From Acidobacteriota bacterium (lineage in GTDB: Bacteria; Acidobacteriota; UBA890; WLXD01): a DNA stretch of 64,000 nt. Within the stretch, counting starts at the first letter, position 1, and the number at the start of each line of letters is the position of its first letter. A program made the position numbers and the translations under genes. Below are positions 10,239-19,970 of the stretch, in pieces. The stretch is taken from the NCBI GenBank assembly GCA_965248695.1, contig CBDFKD010000002.1:672001-736000 (forward strand). The letters are read 5' to 3'. The notes under the pieces were generated by a model that had not been told where the DNA came from, did not search any database, and saw nothing but the letters and a program-made list of their open reading frames with translations.

Positions 10239-11525
10239 CTAGCGTTGCAGGACGATGGCGCCGCCCTGGCCACCGCCGATACACATGGTTGCCAACCCAC
10301 GCTCCACCTGGCGACGGGCCATCTCGACGAGCAGGGTAACCACGAGGCGGGCGCCGGTTGTCCCCACCGGATGACCGAGAGCAATCGCCCCGCCATTGAC
10401 ATTCAAGCGCTCCAGCGGGATGTCCCCGACGGGGTCGTCGCGTCCGAGCTCTTCGCGTGCGAACACGCCGGAGCGGAAGCACAGTAAACAGGCCAGCACC
10501 TGTGCCGCGAAGGCCTCATTGAGCTCGAAGAGATCGATCTGGTCGAGACCGACACCGGCATCATCGAGCGCTCGCGGTGTGGCGAAGCACGGACCGAGAC
10601 CCATGCGTCGCGGCGAGAGTCCGCCCCAGCCGTAACCTGCGATCCGTCCCATGGGCGCATAGCCGAGTTCAGCGGCCGTTTCGCCATCCATCACCAGCGT
10701 CACCGCAGCTCCATCGGTGACCATACAGGAGTTCCCCGGGGTGACCGTTCCATGTCGGCGATCGAACGCCGGTCTGAGCTTCGCCAGGGCCTCCATGCTC
10801 TGGTTCGCACGCGGCCCCGTGTCGGCGTCGATCGTGGTGTCGTAGCGGGGCGGCACATAGACAGGGATACGCTCGGCCGCAAAGCGGCCTTCAGCCTCAG
10901 CCGCCACTGCGAGCTGATGGCTGCGAAGCGCGAACTCGTCTTGCTCCTGACGACTGATGCCGAACTCCTTCGCCAACACCTCCGCAGTCTCGCCCATGTT
11001 GAGACCACAAACCGGGTCGGTCAAACCGGTTGCCAGCGCGATCTCGGGCCGGAAATGGCGCGGCCGAAAACCGGACAACGCCGACAGCCGAGCCATTGGC
11101 GAGCGCGCCCGGTAGAGGTTCTCGAACACGCGTGCGGCGGAGCTGGAGAACAACAGCGGGTAACCGCTCATCGACTCGACCCCGCCGGCGACGATGATTT
11201 TGGCGCGACCGGCACGAATACGCTCGCAGGCCGCAGTGATCGCCTCCAGACCGGAGCCGCAATTGCGCTTCACCGTAACCGCTGGGATCTGGCGCGGCAG
11301 ATTGGCTCGCAGAGCGATCACCCGGGCGATGTTGGCGGCATCGATCGGATTGCCGGCGCAGCCGAGGATCACCTCGTCGATACGATCGGGCGCGACGTCA
11401 GCGCGCGCTACCAGCTCGGCAACGGCCTGGCGGCCGAGCTCGACCGCCGATACGCGCCGCAGCGTCGTGCCGGCCTTAGCGAACACAGTGCGCAAACCGT
11501 GCGTAATGACCACCTCAGTGGACAT
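10239..11525 (-). CDS. fadI: Acetyl-CoA C-acyltransferase (thiolase)
   Basis: NCGSG, NEAFAAQ, GHPVG and CIGGGQG motifs. Confidence 0.9.
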   Translation of the reverse strand: MSTEVVITHGLRTVFAKAGTTLRRVSAVELGRQAVAELVARADVAPDRIDEVILGCAGNPIDAANIARVIALRANLPRQIPAVTVKRNCGSGLEAITAACERIRAGRAKIIVAGGVESMSGYPLLFSSSAARVFENLYRARSPMARLSALSGFRPRHFRPEIALATGLTDPVCGLNMGETAEVLAKEFGISRQEQDEFALRSHQLAVAAEAEGRFAAERIPVYVPPRYDTTIDADTGPRANQSMEALAKLRPAFDRRHGTVTPGNSCMVTDGAAVTLVMDGETAAELGYAPMGRIAGYGWGGLSPRRMGLGPCFATPRALDDAGVGLDQIDLFELNEAFAAQVLACLLCFRSGVFAREELGRDDPVGDIPLERLNVNGGAIALGHPVGTTGARLVVTLLVEMARRQVERGLATMCIGGGQGGAIVLQR

Positions 11526-13269
11526 ACATCTCCTCGATCAGGGCGGCGAAATCCTGCTCCACGTTGCGACGAACGAGCTTCATGGTCGGTGTCAGGTGGC
11601 CGTCCCTTACCGAAAAGGGCCTGTCGACCAGCCGGAAAGCGCGTGCACGCTCGTAGCGTGCGAGGTTCACCTGCAGCCGCTCGAGCTCGGCGGCAAACAG
11701 GTCACGCACCTCGGCCAACTGGCAGAGCGTCGAGTGATCGCCATGCAGTCCGTGCTCCGTCGCCCAGGCCTCGAGGCGCGAGAACGCCGGCACCACCAGT
11801 GCGGCGATGAACCGGCGATCGTTGCCGACCACCATCACCTGCTCGACCCATGGACTCGCCGAAATCGCGAGCTCGACCATCTGCGGCGCCACGTTCTTGC
11901 CGGTCGAGGTCACCAGAATGGCCTTCTTCCTGTCGGTGATCCGCAGGTATCCACCCGGCTCGATGGTGCCGACGTCGCCAGTCAGCAGCCAGCCTTGGCG
12001 TAGAACAGCGGCGGTGGCATCCGGATCATCGAGATACCCACTCATCACGCTGGGGCCCCGGACGACAATCTCGTGGTCTTCCGCCAGTCGTACCTCGACG
12101 TTGTCGAGCGGCCTACCGACCGTCCCGATGCGGTTGTCGCCGGGCGAATTCGTCGAGATGACAGGTGCTGTCTCCGTGAGGCCGTACCCCTGGATCAAGT
12201 CCCAGCCCATCGCCGCATACCACCAGTTCAGCTCCGGATCGAGCGCCGCTCCGCCGGCCGACATCACACGCATCCGACCACCGGTAGCCTCACGAACCTG
12301 GCGCAATACGAGCGCATCCAGCACCGGATGCAACAACGTGTTGAGAAGCCCCTCAGGCTCGCCTGCGAGCACGTCTCGCGCCCGGAGCATGCCGACCCGC
12401 AACGCCATCGCGTAGACACGCGAGCCTTCGACTCGATCTTCGATCGCCTGTCGCAGCTTCTCGTACAGACGCGGCACCCCGACCATCAAGGTGGGACGCA
12501 CGAGCCCGAAGTCGGTGCTGATCTCCGACGGAGAGCTGTAGGCGATGCGCGCCCCGGCCGCCAGGTAGCAGTAGTCGAGCATGCGCTCGTAGACGTGACA
12601 CAGCGGCAGCAAGGAGAGCGCCACGTCGGATGCATTCGCCGTCGAGCGCTCCCAGACGCCCTCGACATTGGCGACCAGGTTGCGGTGCGTCAGCATCACG
12701 CCCTTGGGCGGCCCGCTCGTACCCGAGGTAAAGATAATGGTCGCCACCGAATCCGGGCTCTCGGGTCCGTCGAAGTCTCCCTTGCTGACGGCGGGTAGGA
12801 ACTCATCCCAGCCCACCACTCGAGCGTCAGACTGCTCGCCGGCCGGCGTGTCGAGTGCTACGAGCGTGGTGAGATCAGGCAAGCTCTCGAGCAGCGATAC
12901 CACCTTCGCCGCCTGCTCCGGCGTATCCACCGCGACCACGCTACACCTGCTACGACGAAGGGAGTCGGATACTTGCGCTGCGGAGAGAGTCGGGAACAGC
13001 GGGACGAGGACCGCACCGAGCCGATGGCAGGCGAAATCGACGACGTGCCACTCGGGGCGATTGTCGCTGATCAATCCGACGCGACCGCCGCGTGCGATGC
13101 CCCGATCGCGCAGCGCGCTGGCACAACGGTCGACCTGCTCGATCAGGTCCGCAGCGCTCCAGGCATCGAAGCGATCGGCCCCGGCGCGCCGCACGTAGAG
13201 CAACTCGCTGCGCCCATCGGCGGCAACCCGATCGAGGATGTCACCGAGCGTCTTCATCGTCGGGCGCAC
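11515..13269 (-). CDS. fadD: Long-chain fatty acid-CoA ligase
   Basis: FTSGTSGPPKG, GYGLTE and TGD motifs, in an operon with the thiolase. Confidence 0.88.
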   Translation of the reverse strand: MRPTMKTLGDILDRVAADGRSELLYVRRAGADRFDAWSAADLIEQVDRCASALRDRGIARGGRVGLISDNRPEWHVVDFACHRLGAVLVPLFPTLSAAQVSDSLRRSRCSVVAVDTPEQAAKVVSLLESLPDLTTLVALDTPAGEQSDARVVGWDEFLPAVSKGDFDGPESPDSVATIIFTSGTSGPPKGVMLTHRNLVANVEGVWERSTANASDVALSLLPLCHVYERMLDYCYLAAGARIAYSSPSEISTDFGLVRPTLMVGVPRLYEKLRQAIEDRVEGSRVYAMALRVGMLRARDVLAGEPEGLLNTLLHPVLDALVLRQVREATGGRMRVMSAGGAALDPELNWWYAAMGWDLIQGYGLTETAPVISTNSPGDNRIGTVGRPLDNVEVRLAEDHEIVVRGPSVMSGYLDDPDATAAVLRQGWLLTGDVGTIEPGGYLRITDRKKAILVTSTGKNVAPQMVELAISASPWVEQVMVVGNDRRFIAALVVPAFSRLEAWATEHGLHGDHSTLCQLAEVRDLFAAELERLQVNLARYERARAFRLVDRPFSVRDGHLTPTMKLVRRNVEQDFAALIEEMYVH

Positions 13270-13416
13270 GTCGCTCCTGTTTCCCCCATGCGAGACAGAA
13301 CCTTACCCCATCACGGCTCGTGCGGGTCGCGAGCGCCGAGCACGTATGCGATCGTGACTGTATAGCGCTAGATTCGACAACCACCAGCAGATGGGCAGGT
13401 CAGAGAGAGCTCTGCG

Positions 13417-14592
13417 ATGTTCAGTAACGGCCGTCCCTTCTTCGCACCCATCCTGCTTCCGGCGGACCACGCAGCGCTTGCAGAATCGCCGCGACAGCAC
13501 GCCGCGATCCTCTCCGTGACCTACGCAATGAATCCACGCAACGCCCCGCTGTTCGACCTGGCGAGCGAGCGCGTCGATCGACTCTTCGTAGACCCGCGGA
13601 CGGCGTCGTTCCAGTTCGAGGGCTACCTGAGCATGGAGGACTACCGCAAGGTCCCCTACAGCCCCGGCAAGCTCACCCTCGGCAGCTTGTGGCAGCCGCG
13701 GGACTTCGCCCAGCGCGAGCGCCGGAGCGAGTTGATCGAAGCGGTCGGTGAGGCGCAGGTAGCGCTCGGCGCCGATGTTCTGATCGCGCCGTACTTGCTG
13801 GTGGCGGATGTGGAGCACCCGTGGCTGGCAATCGCCGGCGACCTGGCCCGGGAAGCGTTGGCGGCGAGGCGACGCCACCCGATGGCGGTGGCGGTCTGCG
13901 TCGAGATCGACGCCGTCCTCACGGCCGCAAATCGGGCCGCGTTATGCGACACGTTCCAGTCTCTCGAGCCGGAGGCGTTCCTGCTGACGGTGGTGAACTT
14001 CGACGAGATCGAAGCTAGCCCGGAAGAGGTTCGGGCGGTCAACGATCTCCTTCAGCGCCTGGGCGCCGGTGGTGTGCCGGTGGTGCTGATGTATGCCGGC
14101 CGCGCTGGACTGACAGCCATCGTCGCCGGCGCGGCCGGCTACGCGGGCGGCGGCCTGGAGCTCGAGTCGCACCCGAAGCGTTACTACCGCGAGGGGCTTG
14201 TCAATCTGCACGCCAATGCCTACTACCTGCCGGGCTGCATGCTCCGGCTACCGGTACGGCTCGCCGAAGCCGTTGCCCGCTGCACCCCCGAGGCACTGGC
14301 GACCGACGAGGGCAATCCCTCCACTAAGGTGTATCGGCAGCGTCTGACCGCCGCGTTGGCGGCGAAGCAGGCCGAAGCAACGGCCCTCGCAGAGCTTCCC
14401 GCCGATGCACGCGCCGGCTGGCTCCAGATGCGCCTGGATAGTGCCCTGGAGATTTGCCACCAAGCCCGGTCGGCGCTCGACGGGAACGCCGGCAGCTCGC
14501 GCCTCCCGGAGGGCACTTTCCACTATCTCGAGGTGCTGCGCGAGGTTGCCGGCGGCCCCGCGGCCCGACGCCCACAGCACCCCGACTTCTAG
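13417..14592 (+). CDS. Hypothetical protein (possible TIM-barrel)
   Basis: 391-aa ORF with host-like codon usage and no confidently assignable motif. Confidence 0.65.
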   Translation: MFSNGRPFFAPILLPADHAALAESPRQHAAILSVTYAMNPRNAPLFDLASERVDRLFVDPRTASFQFEGYLSMEDYRKVPYSPGKLTLGSLWQPRDFAQRERRSELIEAVGEAQVALGADVLIAPYLLVADVEHPWLAIAGDLAREALAARRRHPMAVAVCVEIDAVLTAANRAALCDTFQSLEPEAFLLTVVNFDEIEASPEEVRAVNDLLQRLGAGGVPVVLMYAGRAGLTAIVAGAAGYAGGGLELESHPKRYYREGLVNLHANAYYLPGCMLRLPVRLAEAVARCTPEALATDEGNPSTKVYRQRLTAALAAKQAEATALAELPADARAGWLQMRLDSALEICHQARSALDGNAGSSRLPEGTFHYLEVLREVAGGPAARRPQHPDF

Positions 14593-14682
14593 TGGGACAA
14601 GCCTGCGACGACGCTTGATTGTGCGATTATCTGCCGTATCGGTGAGCCTTACCCGTCTCGAAGACGTTAGCAGGAGGTTCTG

Positions 14683-15231
14683 GTGGCCTTTATCCGTGTC
14701 ATCGGCGAGGACGAGGCCACGGGCCCTTTGCGGCGTGAGTACGACACTGCAGTGGAGCGGGCGGGGCGAGTCTTCAACGTCCTCAAGATTCAGGGCGTGC
14801 GACCACGCGTGCTCCGAGCCGGAGTCGGTCTTTACGGGCAGATCATGCACGGCGACTCGGCGTTGACGCGCGCCGAGCGAGAGATGATCGCGGTGGTCGT
14901 GTCGCAGGTGAACGACTGCCACTACTGAGTCCGCGCCCACGCTGACGACCTCCGTGCCGAGGTCGACGACGCCGAGCTTGTCGATGCCCTGCAACGCGAT
15001 TGGCAGAGCGCGCCGCTGCCGCGCATCTCGGCACGCGCTGTCGCCCTCTGCCAGCACGCGGTCAAGCTCACCGTAGAGCCGGCAAATATCGACCGACAGG
15101 ACGTCGACCAGCTGCGACAGGCAGGTTGCAGCGACGACGCGATCCACGATCTGACGCAGGTGGTCGGGTTCTTCGCGTACTACAACCGGCTCGCCGACGG
15201 TCTGGGGATCGACCCCGAGCCTGACTGGTAG
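14683..15231 (+). CDS. AhpD/carboxymuconolactone decarboxylase-like peroxidase-related protein, probable selenoprotein (TGA at 14926-14928 = Sec)
   Basis: EREMIAVVVSQVNDCHY-TGA-VRAH continues in frame to YNRLADGLGIDPEPDW-TAG. TGA sits at the second Cys of CxxC and a hairpin follows. Confidence 0.82.
14946..14965 (+). other. Candidate bacterial SECIS hairpin
   Basis: Stem CGACCTC/GAGGTCG with loop CGTGCC starting 24 nt after the UGA, with G then U near the 5' side of the loop. Confidence 0.65.
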
Positions 15232-15234
15232 ACG

Positions 15235-17337
15235 CTACCGGATGTTGACCGACATCTCGAACACCACCCGGCGACCTATGATGTCGCCGTATACGTGCTG
15301 CAGCATACCCACGTTGGTGAGATTCGTAGCCCGCACCGACGCCTCTGCGGTCCCTTCCAGGAACATGTATCCGAGCGATGCGTCGAGCGTCGTGTAGGCA
15401 TCGGTGTTGCCGAAGTATCGCGAGTCGAGCACGTCGGTCCAGTACGCGTCGCCGACATGATTGACCGAGGCCGCGTAGTAGACGTTGCCGGCCCAACCGT
15501 TCCAGGCGAAATTGAACCGATGCTCGGGCGGAATCCCGATTTCGTCGGCCGGGATGCCGGTGACCTCGGGGGCCGCCTGATACGAGTAGTTGACGATCAC
15601 CGTATTGCGCGACACGGGCAGGATCCTCAAGCCCACTTCTACACCTTTGTTCACCGTCTTGCCGATGTTGCGGTAGGTAAACCGCGCCGGCAGCGCCACC
15701 GGACCGAACGGCGGCAACAGGAACGTCGGCAACGACCAGCCGGGGGGCGGGTTGAACGCCGTGTAGATCTCGCTGGTGTAAAAGTCGATGCTGTCTTTCG
15801 TTTCCGTTCGGTAGGCGGCGAGATCCCAGGAGAACTTGCCGTTGTCGACCGAGCCCCGATAGCCGACCTCGAACTGATCGAGACTCTCCTCCACCAGGTT
15901 CGGGTTGCCGACGACGGTCGACGGAAAGATGATCTGCCCGATGGGCGGGCCGGCGTCGACGGCGTTGAAGATCTCGACCTCGAGGTAGTTGTTGACCAGC
16001 GAGGGGGCTCGGAACGCACGGCCGAACCCGGCCCGGATCACATGGCGCGAGGAGCCGGTGGGATGGATCAGGATGGCGCCGCGCGGTGAAGTGACGGCAC
16101 CGTCGATGACGTCGAAGTAATCGACCCGCGCTCCAGCGTGGATCGACAGATACCGGTTGATGTCGATGTTGGCGTTGGCGAACCCGCCACCCTCGGTGCG
16201 GTTGTCTTCGCCGGGGGCAATCGACAGATCGAAGCCCAGCTTACGGAAGTTCCCGCCGTAGGTGATGGCGTTGTCACCAACAAACGACGTATTCGTGGCC
16301 GAGAAATCGTAGGTCTGGCTCTTGAATAGGAACGGCAGACCGTTCAGCAGGTTGACCGCGTCGCCGTCGATGAAGTTCGCGTAGACGCGGAAGTTCCAGG
16401 TGCGCCAGTTGTAGTCCACACGCGCGTACGAGAACGTTGTCCCGTCGAAGATCGAGAATGGACCGATCCCCGTGTGGATCGTGCCGCCGGTGCCGGCAAT
16501 GCCGCTCGAGAAAGACAGATTCGAGTCGGGTCCGGTTTCCACATCAACGCGTGCATCAAACTTGGGCTGCCGCGTTCCTTGATTCGGGAACGTGTCGCGC
16601 GAGATGCCGTTGGGCAACGGGCCCGGCCGGCCCCACGGGTCCTGGGTGGAGTAGGCCCCGGTGAGCCTGAACGACGTGTTTCCGCGAATGCCCGAGTACG
16701 TGATGGAGGCGAATCCGGTTCCGCGCTCGCCTCCGCCCATGCGCACCCGGAACGCGTTGCCATATTGCCGCGGCGTCTTGGTGATGATGTTGACCACGCC
16801 GCTGAGCGCGTTCGCGCCCCACACCGCCGAGCCCGGCCCACGAATGACCTCGATCTGATCGATCTCCGAGAAGTCGAGCGGCAATAGATCCCAGGCCACA
16901 AAACCGAAGAAGTCCAGGTACACGGTTCGGCCGTCAATGAGCACGAGCTGCGACGCATCGAGCGTGTTCGTCGACGATCGCGCCGACATGCTGACGTCGC
17001 GGGCGCTGGTCTGGGTGACGTTGAGGCCGGGAACGCCACGCAGCAGGTCCGCGTAATTCTGCGCCGGGCTGAGAGCGATGTCAGCGGCGTCGATCACGGT
17101 GATCGCGGTCGGCGCCTCGAGCAGCAGCTCCTCAGTCTGAGATGCCGTAACGACTACGACCTCTTCGATGTTCACCGGCTGGCGATCCTGCTCCTGTTGT
17201 CCCTCTTGGTCCTGCTGCCCCTGCCCGTCGGGATCCTGCAACGGTACCGCCAGCTCAGCCAGCGCGACTGTCGGCGTCGACAGCGCTACGAACAACGAGA
17301 GCGCCAGTAGCGGATGCCACGTCGACACGAGCCTCAT
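15235..17337 (-). CDS. TonB-dependent outer membrane receptor
   Basis: Signal peptide, TonB-box-like EEVVVVTAS and plug motif IEVIRGPGSAVWGANALSGVVNIITK. Confidence 0.92.
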   Translation of the reverse strand: MRLVSTWHPLLALSLFVALSTPTVALAELAVPLQDPDGQGQQDQEGQQEQDRQPVNIEEVVVVTASQTEELLLEAPTAITVIDAADIALSPAQNYADLLRGVPGLNVTQTSARDVSMSARSSTNTLDASQLVLIDGRTVYLDFFGFVAWDLLPLDFSEIDQIEVIRGPGSAVWGANALSGVVNIITKTPRQYGNAFRVRMGGGERGTGFASITYSGIRGNTSFRLTGAYSTQDPWGRPGPLPNGISRDTFPNQGTRQPKFDARVDVETGPDSNLSFSSGIAGTGGTIHTGIGPFSIFDGTTFSYARVDYNWRTWNFRVYANFIDGDAVNLLNGLPFLFKSQTYDFSATNTSFVGDNAITYGGNFRKLGFDLSIAPGEDNRTEGGGFANANIDINRYLSIHAGARVDYFDVIDGAVTSPRGAILIHPTGSSRHVIRAGFGRAFRAPSLVNNYLEVEIFNAVDAGPPIGQIIFPSTVVGNPNLVEESLDQFEVGYRGSVDNGKFSWDLAAYRTETKDSIDFYTSEIYTAFNPPPGWSLPTFLLPPFGPVALPARFTYRNIGKTVNKGVEVGLRILPVSRNTVIVNYSYQAAPEVTGIPADEIGIPPEHRFNFAWNGWAGNVYYAASVNHVGDAYWTDVLDSRYFGNTDAYTTLDASLGYMFLEGTAEASVRATNLTNVGMLQHVYGDIIGRRVVFEMSVNIR

Positions 17338-17413
17338 CCAAAACCTCCTCGAAAGCGGGACAGCGCCGCCAGCTCACGGCCGCACGACAATCTCTACGTT
17401 ACCCCGCGGCCTG

Positions 17414-17469
17414 TGTTTCTAGAAGTCTCAGCTCGACTCGATGTTTCTAGAAGTCTCAGCTCGACTCGA
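17414..17469. repeat. Perfect 28-bp tandem duplication
   Basis: TGTTTCTAGAAGTCTCAGCTCGACTCGA at 17414-17441 and 17442-17469. Confidence 0.95.
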
Positions 17470-18037
17470 GCGCGGCGATAACAGCGCGCAGTAGTTCGCC
17501 GTAGGCGTCGATGTCTTCCGACGAGATTTCCTCGGCACGGGCAAAGATCCCGCCCACATCCTTGAACAGGATGTCGCTCACCTCGGTTCCGGAACTGGTC
17601 ATGTAGGCCTCACCGAGGCCGTTCCATCCGTAGTCGGTGGCACGCAGCGTCATGATGGCGTGGGTGTTGAAGGCTCGCTGCGCCGCGGTCATGTCACCGG
17701 AGTTGAGCGCCTGATAGAAGTCGTCGATCGCGTTGCCGCGAATCGAGCCGCGCGACAGGAACAAGAACAGCGACACCGACGTATCAACAACGAGGATCGT
17801 GCTACGCGATCCCGGCGCCGGGGTCACGAACACTTCCCCACCCGTACCCTGGACCAGCTCGCGAATGCGCTCTGCCAGCGCCGCCTGGTCTTCTTGCGCG
17901 TCCGCGACAACGCTAGGACCGAGTCCAACAGTTGCAACCAACGCAGCGACAACGATGCGGTGCCGAAGCCGTGATTCGTACCTCAAGGTACCTGTCTCCC
18001 GGGGGATCCCCCCCTTTAGGTCCGTACACGGTAGCAA
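17456..18037 (-). CDS. Hypothetical secreted protein (start uncertain, probably near 17985)
   Basis: Signal-like RHRIVVAALVATVGLGPSVVADA followed by a globular region. Confidence 0.6.
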   Translation of the reverse strand: MLPCTDLKGGIPRETGTLRYESRLRHRIVVAALVATVGLGPSVVADAQEDQAALAERIRELVQGTGGEVFVTPAPGSRSTILVVDTSVSLFLFLSRGSIRGNAIDDFYQALNSGDMTAAQRAFNTHAIMTLRATDYGWNGLGEAYMTSSGTEVSDILFKDVGGIFARAEEISSEDIDAYGELLRAVIAALESS

Positions 18038-18180
18038 AGCCGCCGAGAGGGCTCAACAGCTAGCAAGGCTGCGCGGCCACCGGGGCGCCCTTTCGGCAGC
18101 ATGTGTGACGGGCGGCGCGCGATCGGCTGCGGCGATTCCAACTAGAATGTCGAGCATACCTGCTCCAACAACAGGCCGAC

Positions 18181-19569
18181 ATGATAGAAGCGAACGGCAT
18201 CCCAGAGTTCGTGACAGCCCGTCGCGAGGAGTGGCTCGCCGAGCTCAGCGAGTTTCTTCGCATCCCCAGCGTATCGACCGATCGGGCGCGCGATGGCGAC
18301 GTGCGCGCCGCGGCCGACTGGCTCGCTGAGCACCTCGCCGCCGCTGGATCGACCGAGGTGGAGGTTTGGGAGACCGCCGGCCATCCGGTGGTATACGGCG
18401 CCTGGCGAGGCGCCGCGGGGGCACCGACTGTGCTCGTGTACGGGCACTACGACGTACAGCCGGCCGAGCCTCTCGAGGAATGGACCAGCCCGCCGTTCGA
18501 CCCCGTGATACGCGACAACAAGATCGTCGGGCGCGGAACCGCCGACGACAAGGGTCAGCTCTACGTCCACGTCAAGGCGCTGCAGGCCTGGCTCGAGACT
18601 CAGGGGAGCTGCCCGGTAAACGTCGTCCACCTGATCGAAGGCGAGGAGGAGGTCGGATCGCCAAACGTCGACGCTGTGGTGCGCGAGCGCATCGAGCAAC
18701 TTCGATGTGACGCCGTCATGGTCTCTGACACCACCATGTTTGCTCCTGGTCTGCCCACCCTGTGCAACGGGCTGCGCGGGCTGGCGTACCTGCAGATAGA
18801 CCTTCGGGGACCGAACCGCGACCTGCATTCGGGCATGTTCGGCGGGGCCGTAGTCAACCCGGCCGAGACACTGGCGCAGATGCTGGCCACCTGCCGCGAC
18901 GAGCGCGGGCGCGTGACCATACCGGGCTTTTATGACGACGTCGCCGAAGTTCCGGCCGACGAGCGCGCCGACTGGGCGACGCTGCCGTTCGACAACGAAG
19001 CCTACGTCTCCGGGCTGGACGTCGATGCATTGCTCGACAGCGGCGGCTTCAGCATCCTGGAATCGCTCTGGGCTCGCCCGAGCTTCGACGTCAACGGGCT
19101 GCTGTCGGGATTTACCGGTGAAGGTAGCAAGACGGTGCTGCCGGCGACCGCGATGGCGAAGGTGTCGATGCGGCTGGTGGCCGATCAGGACCCCGGCAAG
19201 ATCGCCGACGCATTCGAGGCCTACATGCGAGAGATCGCCCCTCCGGGCGTGAAGCTACAGATCACCCGGATGCACGGCGGAACGCCCTGGTCGGCGCCGC
19301 GCGAGCACCCGATCCTGCAGGCCGCAGCGCGGGCGCTGGAGCGCGGGTTCGGCGCCGAGACCGTGTTCGTGCGCGAGGGAGGGTCGATTCCTCTGATCGC
19401 GACGCTCGAGGAGCTCTTCCAGGTGCCCACCGTGATGATGGGACTGGGTCTGCCGGACGAGAACGCGCATGGTCCCGACGAGAACCTGGACCTCGACAAT
19501 TTCTTCTCCGGCATCGTCAGCTCGGCCTATTTCTATGAGGAGCTCGCTAAGTGCGGGCGCCAGGAGTAG
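18181..19569 (+). CDS. M20-family dipeptidase
   Basis: YGHYDVQP, GRGTADDKGQ, EGEEEVGS, DLHSG and AHGPDE motifs. Confidence 0.93.
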   Translation: MIEANGIPEFVTARREEWLAELSEFLRIPSVSTDRARDGDVRAAADWLAEHLAAAGSTEVEVWETAGHPVVYGAWRGAAGAPTVLVYGHYDVQPAEPLEEWTSPPFDPVIRDNKIVGRGTADDKGQLYVHVKALQAWLETQGSCPVNVVHLIEGEEEVGSPNVDAVVRERIEQLRCDAVMVSDTTMFAPGLPTLCNGLRGLAYLQIDLRGPNRDLHSGMFGGAVVNPAETLAQMLATCRDERGRVTIPGFYDDVAEVPADERADWATLPFDNEAYVSGLDVDALLDSGGFSILESLWARPSFDVNGLLSGFTGEGSKTVLPATAMAKVSMRLVADQDPGKIADAFEAYMREIAPPGVKLQITRMHGGTPWSAPREHPILQAAARALERGFGAETVFVREGGSIPLIATLEELFQVPTVMMGLGLPDENAHGPDENLDLDNFFSGIVSSAYFYEELAKCGRQE

Positions 19570-19577
19570 ACGGGCGG

Positions 19578-19970
19578 ATGAAGCGCAAAGACTTCCTGCA
19601 GCGCATGCGCAGCCGACGCCGCCGCGACGAGCTGGAGTTGCGCGAACCGGAGCGGCGAAGAGCCATCGACTGGCGAACGCTGCGCGTCGAGCTGCCGGCG
19701 GCGGGAGACCCCGACGGCCAGCAAGCGCTGTCCATCGGAACGATCGAGCTGCTCGCGGAGGGCATCCGGCTGCATCCGACCGATCCGTGCTGGGTGCGGG
19801 GATATCGCGTCTGGGGTGACGACGAGGGACAGGGGCGGGCCGAGTTCCAGTACCGTCCGGTCGCTGCTGATAGCCAACCGCCACCCGGCGCGACCGCACT
19901 GGGCGCCGACGAGGAGTGGTCGCCCACGGCCCCGGATCAAGCGTTGAGGAAGACACCGCTGGGATCTTGA
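19578..19970 (+). CDS. Hypothetical protein
   Basis: ATG 8 bp after the dipeptidase stop (MKRKDFLQRMRS...). Confidence 0.55.
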   Translation: MKRKDFLQRMRSRRRRDELELREPERRRAIDWRTLRVELPAAGDPDGQQALSIGTIELLAEGIRLHPTDPCWVRGYRVWGDDEGQGRAEFQYRPVAADSQPPPGATALGADEEWSPTAPDQALRKTPLGS

